DNA of 24,487 nt, taken from assembly GCA_037441385.1 (NCBI GenBank), contig JBBISH010000098.1:1-24487 (forward strand), given 5' to 3'. The DNA comes from Myxococcales bacterium. Lineage in GTDB: Bacteria > Myxococcota_A > UBA9042. Made by a program: the position numbers and the translations under genes. Below, piece by piece: positions 14,617-22,774 of the stretch. Below the pieces are notes generated by a model. It did not search any database and was not told the origin of the DNA. It saw only the letters and a program-made list of their open reading frames with translations. Numbering within the stretch: position 1 is the first letter of the stretch; each line of letters opens with the position of its first letter.

Positions 14617-16599
14617 CTACTGCTGCCAGCCGGCGTGCGGCCGCGCCTGTTTGATCCAAAGCAGAGGCGCCTGGCCGGCCTCGGTATTGAATTTGAATTC
14701 CACGTCCATCGCGTAGAACTTGCCGGCCTTGGCGTAGATGGGCGCAAAGGCCTGGTGGATTTTGCCAAGCGCGGCGCTCAGTTCCTGGACCTGGGCGGTC
14801 GTCAGCACCGTCTGCCCCGCCGCCACCAGCGAGCTGTGGCCCAGCCACGCCATCGGCTGGTTGGGGTAGTCGTAATACACCAAGAATTGATCGGTGGTTA
14901 CCTCGCTTGGCGGCCGCACCACCGGCGTGTCGCCGTACTGCACGTTGATGTAGTAGGCCGGCTGGGTCGGATCGAACAGGTTGCCGGTCAGGGCCACGCC
15001 GTTGGCGTCCTCGGCCGGGAAGCCGCGGTGGACGAGCAGCGCCATCGCCACCGCCTGGTGATCGATACCGCGCCAATCGCGTTCTTCCCACGCCCGCAAA
15101 TTCCAAAGACTGGCCCACACTTGCCGGATGGCCTTGGCCAGCGGCTTCTTGGCATCGGCCGGGTCAAAGGTCTTGGAGGTGTACAGGCCCGCGCCGGTAA
15201 AGCCGTCCAGATCCTCGGCATTGGTGCTCGATCGCACGCGCACCGCTTGCGTGCCGAACTTGGCGGCGATGCGGGCCGTCAGCAGCGACTCGAAGGCCGG
15301 GTCCAGCGGCGCCTGCTCGACATAGGCCTGCAATTCGGTGAGCTTCTTTTCGCGCACCAACGGGTCGGCGGCAAAGCTGGGGTCCGCCTGCAGCGCCTTC
15401 ACCTTGGCCGGCAGTCCGATCTGTTCGGCAAACTGGTGGTAGAACCAAACCGGCACCGCCATCGCTGGGGGCACCGGCAGCCCTTGGATGTGACACAACT
15501 GGCCATAATTCGAGGCCTTGCCGCCAAACGCCGCCACATCGGCCGAGGTAATCTGCGTGCAATCGCGCAGTTCCTGCACGCTCAAGTCCAGCTTGGGCAC
15601 CTGCACCACCGCGGGTTTGTGCGCTTGCCACCACGCGTCGGCTTCGGCCTGTGTCACCTTGGCGACGGTCCAGTCAAACGGCGTGACCTGCAGACGCACC
15701 CACTGGTTCTCGAGCGCCCGCAACTCCTTGTTCTGCAAAGCGCCCACCAGCCCCATGTTGGGCGTGCCGCGGTTTTGCGACAGCACGTTGACGTGCGACA
15801 GCGGCGTCTGCAACTCGGCCGTGATCAGACCCGCCACCACCGAGATGTCGTTGGGCACTGCGTCCAGCACCGCCACGTCGCGCGGGCCCACCCACTTGGT
15901 CTTCTTGTCCAGGTCTGCCACCGCGTAGAAGCGCAGTTGGCCGATGGCGACGCCGGGGTTCAAGGCCTGGAAGTCGCTGCCGGCAAAGAGCTCTTGGGTC
16001 GTCACCACCTTGACCCGCGCGGGCAGACCCTTGGCCATCGCCAGCACCGCGTCGCTGGTGGGGTGGAAGCGCAAGTCCTTGCCCATCCAAGTGTTCTTGA
16101 CCACTTCGTCCCACACGGTCAGGAATTGCTCTTGACTCATGGTGTCGTAGGGCGCGATCTCGAACGTCCACAGTTGCGGGCCGTCGTAGCGGGTCAGCGC
16201 GCCCAGCAAGAAGCGGCGGGTGGGCGAGAAGTACTCTTGGGCCGAGAACGTGCCCTGATCCTTGATGAGCGGCTTGCCTTTGCCAGACAGGTACTTCAGG
16301 GCAAACGTGTAGTGGATCGGGAACCGCTCGGCGTTCAAGAAATAGAGAGCGCCGGGGCTGCTGCCCTCCGCTTGCGCGGTGTCCAAGATGACCTTGCTGG
16401 AGCGCGCGCCGGGGATGCTCGCGTCGGGCGGCCGCCAGGCCAGAGCCTCGAAGTCCGCAACACAGGTGAGCTTTTGGCCAAAATCCGGGTGGCTGCCGCT
16501 CGGCAAGGTGCAGGTGGCGGTGGCCGCCGCGGGCGCCGGGTCGCTGTCGCAGCCCAGCAGCAGCAAAGCTAGCAAAGACAGCCAGGTGCGCAGTCCCAT
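14617..16599 (-). CDS. Lipoprotein dikinase-like protein: N-terminal unknown domain + phospho-His swivel + PEP/pyruvate-binding (PPDK_N) ATP-grasp domain
   Basis: Signal MGLRTWLSLLALLLLG-C. Swivel motif ITAELQTPLSHVNVLSQNRGTPNM (His269, codon 15793-15795). ATP-grasp motifs FGGKASNYG, VRSSTNAED..GFTGAGLY, VWASLW, NGVALT, MDVEF and KQARP. Confidence 0.85.
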   Translation of the reverse strand: MGLRTWLSLLALLLLGCDSDPAPAAATATCTLPSGSHPDFGQKLTCVADFEALAWRPPDASIPGARSSKVILDTAQAEGSSPGALYFLNAERFPIHYTFALKYLSGKGKPLIKDQGTFSAQEYFSPTRRFLLGALTRYDGPQLWTFEIAPYDTMSQEQFLTVWDEVVKNTWMGKDLRFHPTSDAVLAMAKGLPARVKVVTTQELFAGSDFQALNPGVAIGQLRFYAVADLDKKTKWVGPRDVAVLDAVPNDISVVAGLITAELQTPLSHVNVLSQNRGTPNMGLVGALQNKELRALENQWVRLQVTPFDWTVAKVTQAEADAWWQAHKPAVVQVPKLDLSVQELRDCTQITSADVAAFGGKASNYGQLCHIQGLPVPPAMAVPVWFYHQFAEQIGLPAKVKALQADPSFAADPLVREKKLTELQAYVEQAPLDPAFESLLTARIAAKFGTQAVRVRSSTNAEDLDGFTGAGLYTSKTFDPADAKKPLAKAIRQVWASLWNLRAWEERDWRGIDHQAVAMALLVHRGFPAEDANGVALTGNLFDPTQPAYYINVQYGDTPVVRPPSEVTTDQFLVYYDYPNQPMAWLGHSSLVAAGQTVLTTAQVQELSAALGKIHQAFAPIYAKAGKFYAMDVEFKFNTEAGQAPLLWIKQARPHAGWQQ

Positions 16600-16608
16600 C
16601 GCGGACTC

Positions 16609-19542
16609 CTACGGGAACGGCCGCGGCGCGCTGGGCACGCCAAGCTCGATGCGCCACAGGCCGATCTTCCAGCCGTCGGGCACGTAAATGCTCATAGGAT
16701 CCCAGCCTTGACCCACGCCCCACTGCATGTTGGGCAGGTAGGTCTGGTCCGGGCTGGCGTCGACGATCTTGACCGCCGGCCCGCCGCTGGGCGGGATGCG
16801 CCAGATGTCGGCGTTGCCGTACTCGCAGACGTAGACGTTGCCGCAGGCGTCGACGCCGATGCCATCGAGCAACCCGCCGCTGCCGATCGGACTGGCCCAC
16901 TGGATCAGCTTGCCAGGCACGCCGCTGGGCGACACCGCCAGCTTGTAGATCCAGCCGGTGGCAAACGAGCCGATATACAAGTGCTTGAATTCTGGGTCAA
17001 AGATGATGCCGTTGGGGTTGGCGATCTGCTTGGTCAGTACGGTGTACTCGCCGCTGTAGGGGTGGATGCGCAGTACCCGGCCGGCGTCGTGCTCGGTCAC
17101 ATACAAGAACCCCTGCATATCTGCGGTGATGCCGTTGGGGTAGCTCAGGCCCTGCACCAGCACCTTCTGCGCGCCATCTTCGTCGAACAGCAGGATGCGG
17201 CCCAGCTTGTCGTCGCACATGGCCAGCCGGCCATCGGGCAAGAAGCGCATGCCGGCGCGGTTTTCGATACCCGGCACCCACAACTTCGCCTTGGCGCCGG
17301 CCGCGGTCTTGAAGAGCGCGCTGTTGTTCGAGCCGACCAAATGGCCGGTGCCGTCAAAGGCCAGATCCTCGGACGCCACCGCGCCGGGGACCGCCTGCAG
17401 GGCAAACGGCCCCTTGGGCAAGTTCGCGCAATCATAAACCAAGGTTGCAGGCTCGCTGACGTCGACCGCAGCGGTGGCGTCCTGCGCCGCGTCGGCCACG
17501 GCGTCGGCTGCCGCGTCGGCTCCGGTTCCGGTATCGGCTCCGGCATCGGTTCCGGCCCCGGTGTCGGCAATCACGTCGACCAAGGTGTCCCTAGCATCGC
17601 CAGGCGCGTCAAGGCCTTGCGCATCGTCGCCCGCATTGCCCGCCACCTGGTCCAGCGCGCCGCCGTCTGCTGCTGCTTTGGCTGGCTCGGCTTGGCTACC
17701 GCAGGCCAGCGAAACCAGCAAAAGGAGCAGGATTCCCAAGCGCTTGCGCCGCCGGGCCAGGACCAGCAGCAGGGGCAGCGCCGCCAGCCCGCCCGCGCCC
17801 GCGCCCACCGGGCCAGCGCGGCAGCCCCCGTCGCCACTACCGGTTGTGGTGGCACCGCTGACGCTGGCGTCGCCGGCCGCGTCTTTGGGCGTGTCCCCTA
17901 CCGCGTCGACTTCGGCCTTGATGCAGGCGCCGCCCGTGCAGCTGTAGCCGCCGGGGCATTGCCCGCAAAGGCCGCCACAGCCGTCACTTCCGCAAGCTTT
18001 GCCCATGCACGAGGGGACGCACTTCTTGGTGCAGGCGCCGTCGACACAGCCCTCGCTGCAGGCGTACATGGGCGCGCCGACCCCGCCGCACGTGTCGATG
18101 GGGCACACACTCGCACCACAACAGGTAGTGGTTCCGCTCAGCGGGCAGCCGCACTTGCCGTCCGTGCACGTCACGCCCTTGCCGCAGGTGCCGCACTGGC
18201 CGCCGCAGCCGTCATCGCCGCACTGCTTGCCGTCGCATTTGGGTTGGCAGGCCGGGCACTTGCCGTTGTCGCACGGCGCAGCGCCGGGGCAGTGCCCGCA
18301 GTTGCCGCCGCAGCCGTCGTCGCCGCATTGCTTGTCCTTGCAGTTGGGCTCGCAACAGCCCTTGAGCGCCGGGCAGGCCTGGCAGGCGCCGGGGCAGCAG
18401 TCGCCGTAGCCGCTGCACAAGTCGTCGCAGTAGCAGTCGCCGCCTTCGGGCTTTTTGAATGGGCCGCCGCTGCATTGGCCGGTGCACAAGCTGGCGGCGC
18501 AGGTGCCGGCGACGCACACGTCCGTGCCCTTGCACGCGCCGCAAGTGCCGCCGCAGCCGTCGTCGCCGCAGGTCTTGCCTGCGCATTTGGGCTGGCATTT
18601 TTGGCACTGGCCCAGGCTGCTGCACTCGTCGGTGCCGCTACAGGTGCCGCATACGCCGCCGCAGCCGTTGTCGCCGCAGACCTTGCCCGCGCAATTGGGC
18701 TTGCAGCACTTGTACTTGGTGCACACCTCGCCGGCCGCGCAACCGCCGCACTTCAGGCCGCAGAACTCGCCGCATTGCAGGCCGTCGCAGCTGGGCTTGG
18801 CGGGGCAGGGTTTGCAGCTGTAGCCGCACTCGGCCTCGCAGGCGCCGGCGCACAGGGCGTCCCAGGCCACCGAGCAGCAAAACGGGTACTTGCCGCACAC
18901 GCAGGTCTCACAGCCGCAGCCGTTGCATCCCGGCGTCTTCTTGCCTTGACAGGCCGCGGGCACCGACAGGCATTGCTGTAAGCCGGGTTCGCAGGCCGTG
19001 CCGGGGCCGCAGAGGCCGCACGAGAAGCCTTTGGGGTCCAAGCCGCATTGCTTGCCGTCGCACTGCGGCTTGTAGCAGGTGCCGTCGGCCAGGCACAGTG
19101 CACCGGGCTGGCTGCAAGTGCCGCAAGTGCCCGCGCACTCGGCCGAACATGCCGTGCCCGCGCCGCAGCTGCTGGGGCATGCCGAGCAGGCTTTGGCATG
19201 CGCGCCGCTGGGATCCGCGCCGCCAGTCGTGCCGCAGTCGTAGGTGCCGGTGCTGGCCCCGGGACCGGTGGGCGCCCAGCCGCAGACCGGGAAGCTGCCG
19301 GCGCAGTCGATGCAGTACAAGTCCGCGCCCACGCAGTACAAAACCCGGCCCTGCGGGTCGCAGCAGCCGGCCGAGTCCAACTGGCAGCCGCCCACTAGGC
19401 TGGGTTCCAGGGCCCCTTTGCATGTGCTGAAAACTGCTGGCGCGGCAAGGGCTTGACGGACGGGGTCACTCCAGCCCAGCACCCCCAGGCAGACCAGCCA
19501 GGCCAGCACGGCAGGGCGCGGACGAAGCAGCGCAGAGACCAT
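16609..19542 (-). CDS. Cys-rich repeat surface protein with internal MYXO-CTERM-like signal, fused in frame to a lipobox and an SMP-30/gluconolactonase-like beta-propeller
   Basis: AAGGA RBS before the ATG at 19542, signal peptide, seven CxGKxCGxDGCGGxCGxC-type repeats and a somatomedin-B-like motif. Then GGCRAG...LAALPLLLVLARRRKR followed by LGILLLLLVSLA-C. Propeller motifs EDLAFDG, PNGI (twice) and DGIGVDACGNVYV. Confidence 0.85.
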   Translation of the reverse strand: MVSALLRPRPAVLAWLVCLGVLGWSDPVRQALAAPAVFSTCKGALEPSLVGGCQLDSAGCCDPQGRVLYCVGADLYCIDCAGSFPVCGWAPTGPGASTGTYDCGTTGGADPSGAHAKACSACPSSCGAGTACSAECAGTCGTCSQPGALCLADGTCYKPQCDGKQCGLDPKGFSCGLCGPGTACEPGLQQCLSVPAACQGKKTPGCNGCGCETCVCGKYPFCCSVAWDALCAGACEAECGYSCKPCPAKPSCDGLQCGEFCGLKCGGCAAGEVCTKYKCCKPNCAGKVCGDNGCGGVCGTCSGTDECSSLGQCQKCQPKCAGKTCGDDGCGGTCGACKGTDVCVAGTCAASLCTGQCSGGPFKKPEGGDCYCDDLCSGYGDCCPGACQACPALKGCCEPNCKDKQCGDDGCGGNCGHCPGAAPCDNGKCPACQPKCDGKQCGDDGCGGQCGTCGKGVTCTDGKCGCPLSGTTTCCGASVCPIDTCGGVGAPMYACSEGCVDGACTKKCVPSCMGKACGSDGCGGLCGQCPGGYSCTGGACIKAEVDAVGDTPKDAAGDASVSGATTTGSGDGGCRAGPVGAGAGGLAALPLLLVLARRRKRLGILLLLLVSLACGSQAEPAKAAADGGALDQVAGNAGDDAQGLDAPGDARDTLVDVIADTGAGTDAGADTGTGADAAADAVADAAQDATAAVDVSEPATLVYDCANLPKGPFALQAVPGAVASEDLAFDGTGHLVGSNNSALFKTAAGAKAKLWVPGIENRAGMRFLPDGRLAMCDDKLGRILLFDEDGAQKVLVQGLSYPNGITADMQGFLYVTEHDAGRVLRIHPYSGEYTVLTKQIANPNGIIFDPEFKHLYIGSFATGWIYKLAVSPSGVPGKLIQWASPIGSGGLLDGIGVDACGNVYVCEYGNADIWRIPPSGGPAVKIVDASPDQTYLPNMQWGVGQGWDPMSIYVPDGWKIGLWRIELGVPSAPRPFP
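17956..19071 (-). repeat. Intragenic tandem Cys-rich repeats (7 copies, 5 well conserved)
   Basis: KPQCDGKQCGLDPKGFSCGLC, KPSCDGLQCGEFCGLKCGGC, KPNCAGKVCGDNGCGGVCGTC, QPKCAGKTCGDDGCGGTCGAC, EPNCKDKQCGDDGCGGNCGHC, QPKCDGKQCGDDGCGGQCGTC, VPSCMGKACGSDGCGGLCGQC. Visible in DNA as recurring GCCGCCGCAGCCGTCGTCGCCGCA and near-copies. Confidence 0.9.
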
Positions 19543-19631
19543 CGCGGATCCTTGGGGCAGCGGGCCCATGGCGCCGCCGCTGTGGATTTTGCCGATTTTG
19601 CCGCGCCTTGACCAGCCGCCGCCCAGGCCCG

Positions 19632-19659
19632 TTTACGTTCGGCCGTATCCGAGTACAAT
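19632..19659 (+). promoter_or_regulatory. Putative sigma70-type promoter TTTACG-N16-TACAAT for the transporter gene
   Basis: Hexamers at 19632-19637 and 19654-19659 in the divergent intergenic region. A GATTTTGCC direct repeat lies at about 19585-19602. Confidence 0.4.
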
Positions 19660-19751
19660 TGCGATCCGCTCGCCGACCCGGCGGGCTGTGCAGGTGCCGC
19701 CCCGGTCCGATGAAAATCGAACGCCGGTGCGGTATTACAAGGAAGATCTGG

Positions 19752-21983
19752 ATGCCACCCATGCTCTCGCTGCTGACCACTTCGTCGTGGTTGGGCAACT
19801 GGCTGCGTGAAGGTCGCCCGGCGCCGATTGGCGAAGGCCTCGTTCCCAAGAGCACGCCGGTGCTGCGCGGCGACGATGTCAGCGCACCGGCGGAGCATGC
19901 TGGAGTGCACCACGCGCCGTGGTACGCCACCCTGTGGCTGACCGGCGTGGACTACTTCTCGTCGCTGGGCTACGCGCCGGGCTTGGCGATCATGGCCGCC
20001 GGCTATGTGGCGCCCGTGGCGACGCTGATCTTGATTGGCGTTACGTTTTTTGCCGCGCTGCCCGTGTACTCGATGGTGGCCAAGCACTCGTCGGACGGCG
20101 AGGGCTCGATCAAGATGATCGAACGCCTGACGGCGCGCTGGGGCCGCCTGGGCTGGTTCGGCAAGACCATCGTGCTGGGCCTGCTCGGCTTTGCCATGAC
20201 CGATTTCGTGATTACCATCACGCTGTCGGCGGCCGACGCGACCCATCACATCGTTGAAAATCCGGCGTTTTCCGAGTTCGTGCCGCACCGGCCGGTGCTG
20301 GTCACGGCGGCGCTGATCGGCGCGCTTTGCATCGTGTTCCTCAAAGGCTTCAAAGAGGCGATCGGCCTGTCGGTGGCGATCGCGCTGCCTTACATGATTC
20401 TCAACGGCGTGGTGATCGGCGCCGGTTTCATGGAGTTGCAGGCTCATCCCGAGCAGTTGCAGCAATGGTTCGCCAAGGTGCAGGCCTTTGACGTGGCGCA
20501 GCTGCGCGACTCGCTGGTCAAGATGTCGTCCGAAGGCGCTGGCCCCACTGCGCACTTGACGGGCGGCGGCACGTTCATGCTCATCGCCGTGAGTTTGCTG
20601 GTGTTTCCCAAACTTGCGCTGGGTATGTCTGGCTTCGAGACCGGCGTCTCCGTGATGCCCCACATCTCGGCGCCGGACCACACGGCGCGGGTGCGCAATA
20701 CCCGCAAACTGCTGACGGGTGCCGCACTCTTGATGTGTGTCGAGCTGTTCGGCGCGAACTTGGTGGCCGCGGTCCTGATCCCCGAAAAGGAGTTCTGGGT
20801 GGCCAGCGCCGGCCAGCCCGCTGGCAAGGCCGCGGGGCGCGCACTGGCGTACCTGGCGCACGAACTGCTGGGCTCGTCGTTTGGCACCGTGTACGACGTG
20901 ATCACTTGTCTGATCCTGTGGTTCGCCGGTGCCAGCGCCATGGCCGGCCTGTTGAACATCCTGCCGCGCTACCTGCCGCGCTTTGGCATGAGCCCGGCGT
21001 GGCTGGAATTCCGCCGGCCGCTGGTGCTGGTGGTGTCGTCGGTGTGCCTGACGGTCAACTACGCCTTTGACGCCGACGTAGAGGCGCAGGGCGGTGCCTA
21101 CGCCACGGGCGTGCTGGTGCTGATGGCGTCTGGCGCGTTCGCGGTGCTGCTGGCGGAATGGGACAAGCGGATGCGGCGCTACGCTTTCTTCTTGATCCTG
21201 GGCGTGTTTGCCTACGTGACCATCGTCAATGCCGCCGAACGGCCTGACGGCTTGAAAATCGCGACCATGTTCATCCTGGCCATCATTGCGGCCAGCGTGT
21301 TCTCGCGGTGGCGGCGCGCGTCCGAGCTGCGCGTGTGCGGCATCCGCTTCGTCGACGACGACAGCGAGAAGCTGTGGCAGGAACTGGGCAGCCGCAACGA
21401 CGTGGCGATCGTGCCGCTGCGCAGCAACACGCCGCAGGCCCGCATGCGCACCGAGGCGCGGAATCTGCAGCACCACCACGCGACGGAGAGTCAGTTCGCC
21501 TTCCTGCACGTGAACTTGCTCGAAGACCCGTCGCAGTTCGACTCGCCGGTGCGCATCCGCGTCTACCGCGAGCACGACCACATGATCATCGAGGTGCACG
21601 ACGCCGTGGCCGTGGCCAATGCGATCGCGTTCGTGGCGCTATCGCTCAAGGCGCGCGAGGTGGTCATTGGTCTGCTCGACAGCGGCACCCCAGTGGTCAA
21701 CTCGCTCATGTATCTGCTGTTTGGTACCGGCGAAGTCGGCTATGCGGTGCGCGCCATCTTCATGCGCATTCGCGAAGAAAGCTTGAACCTGCAGTACGAG
21801 GCGCGGCGCACTTTTGACAAGCAGCGCGACGCCCTAGAGAAAGAGCTGCTCCGCGACGCGCTGCTGCTGGACGAGGCCCATCGCCAAGAGCGCACGCACG
21901 AGATGTTCGCCTTGGAGCAGGCCAAGTTCGAGGCGCAGGTGGCGTCGACGCCACACTTGCCCCGGCTGATTCTGTTTGATTAG
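19752..21983 (+). CDS. APC-superfamily transporter (amino acid permease / YdaO-KimA-related) with cytoplasmic C-terminal domain
   Basis: AAGGAAG RBS before the ATG at 19752. Multiple TM helices. Motifs LTGVDYFSSLGYAPG, GFAMTDFVITITLSAADA, FPKLALGMSGFETGVSVMP, ILWFAGASAMAGLLN and QGGAYATGVL. Confidence 0.85.
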   Translation: MPPMLSLLTTSSWLGNWLREGRPAPIGEGLVPKSTPVLRGDDVSAPAEHAGVHHAPWYATLWLTGVDYFSSLGYAPGLAIMAAGYVAPVATLILIGVTFFAALPVYSMVAKHSSDGEGSIKMIERLTARWGRLGWFGKTIVLGLLGFAMTDFVITITLSAADATHHIVENPAFSEFVPHRPVLVTAALIGALCIVFLKGFKEAIGLSVAIALPYMILNGVVIGAGFMELQAHPEQLQQWFAKVQAFDVAQLRDSLVKMSSEGAGPTAHLTGGGTFMLIAVSLLVFPKLALGMSGFETGVSVMPHISAPDHTARVRNTRKLLTGAALLMCVELFGANLVAAVLIPEKEFWVASAGQPAGKAAGRALAYLAHELLGSSFGTVYDVITCLILWFAGASAMAGLLNILPRYLPRFGMSPAWLEFRRPLVLVVSSVCLTVNYAFDADVEAQGGAYATGVLVLMASGAFAVLLAEWDKRMRRYAFFLILGVFAYVTIVNAAERPDGLKIATMFILAIIAASVFSRWRRASELRVCGIRFVDDDSEKLWQELGSRNDVAIVPLRSNTPQARMRTEARNLQHHHATESQFAFLHVNLLEDPSQFDSPVRIRVYREHDHMIIEVHDAVAVANAIAFVALSLKAREVVIGLLDSGTPVVNSLMYLLFGTGEVGYAVRAIFMRIREESLNLQYEARRTFDKQRDALEKELLRDALLLDEAHRQERTHEMFALEQAKFEAQVASTPHLPRLILFD

Positions 21984-21989
21984 AACGGC

Positions 21990-22604
21990 TTAGAATCCCA
22001 TGCCAATGTCCAAGCCGTAGACCAGGGCCACGTGCTTGTTGGCGTAGTCCGCGGCGACCGCAGGGCCGACCGACAGCCGGCCCAGATGGATGGCGTAGCT
22101 CAGACCGCCGCGCATCACAAAGACATTTTCCTCGCCCTCGTGCTCTACGCCGGGGGCCACGGTGATCTTGAGGCCGCCCGCAGGGTGGATGAACAGCGCC
22201 GGCGCGACGATCACGCTGGTGTGTTCCATGAGCGCCACGTCGACCAGGGCGCCCAAACCAAACAGGCCGTCCATCATCGGCAAACGCCGTTCGTAGTCCA
22301 AGCCAAAGGTCGCGCCCGTGTGCGCCTCGTCGCCAAACAGGGTGGTGGCGCCGCCAAAAATGGCGATGTGGTTGGCGTGGTGGCCGTGGTGTTCGCCGTG
22401 GTGCTCGGCGTGCTCGCCAGGGTGCTCGTGGTGATCCGCTTCGCAATCGGGCTCTTCGGCGTGGGCGGGCGCGGCAGCTGCGGGGGTGGCCGGAGCGTGC
22501 TCGGCAGGTTCTTCGGCCAGGGCCGGGGCAGTGCAGACCAGGGCGGCGGCGGCGGCCGACAGCGCCAGACGGTAGTGGGGCAAGAGGCTAGACAGACGCA
22601 GCAT
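21990..22604 (-). CDS. Small outer-membrane beta-barrel protein with His-rich N-terminal segment
   Basis: Signal peptide ending APALA. Segment DHHEHPGEHAEHHGEHHGHHANH, then about 8 amphipathic strands. C-terminal beta-signal YGLDIGMGF. Confidence 0.8.
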   Translation of the reverse strand: MLRLSSLLPHYRLALSAAAAALVCTAPALAEEPAEHAPATPAAAAPAHAEEPDCEADHHEHPGEHAEHHGEHHGHHANHIAIFGGATTLFGDEAHTGATFGLDYERRLPMMDGLFGLGALVDVALMEHTSVIVAPALFIHPAGGLKITVAPGVEHEGEENVFVMRGGLSYAIHLGRLSVGPAVAADYANKHVALVYGLDIGMGF

Positions 22605-22735
22605 GGGAGCAGACTCCGGCCCAGGCTTGGGCAGGCGCGCAGTGTGGCGCGGTGGCGCGGTGGGCGCAATCGGGGCAACCTGTGGATCCGTCACGGCATC
22701 GTCGCTCTGCGCCGGTGGGGTCGGGCCGCGCCGAT

Positions 22736-22774
22736 TTGAGCTTGGGCCTGCGGCAGACTATAACGCGCGCCATG
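22736..22774 (+). promoter_or_regulatory. Putative sigma70 promoter giving a leaderless transcript: TTGAGC-N17-TATAAC-N7-ATG
   Basis: TTGAGC 22736-22741, TATAAC 22759-22764, ATG 22772. No Shine-Dalgarno in between. Confidence 0.55.

Noticed and set aside
14617..16599. Calling this gene ppsA, ppdK or rph
   Set aside because: The domain order is reversed, no pyruvate-binding barrel or central rifampin-binding domain is present, and it carries a lipoprotein signal.
17956..19071. Regularly recurring ~24-bp DNA repeats as a CRISPR array
   Set aside because: They are in-frame, vary at synonymous positions and are irregularly spaced, so they encode the Cys repeats. No cas genes are present.
19570..19751. 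Possible c-di-AMP (ydaO) riboswitch ahead of the KimA-related transporter
   Set aside because: No GAAUCC, GGAACC or CCCGUCAGCUAAC consensus elements are present.
14278..21599. Long ORFs 14278-16572 (+), 16708-18981 (+) and 19395-21599 (-)
   Set aside because: Each lies antisense to a motif-rich real gene and has the biased V/G/R/H/Q/A composition of shadow frames.
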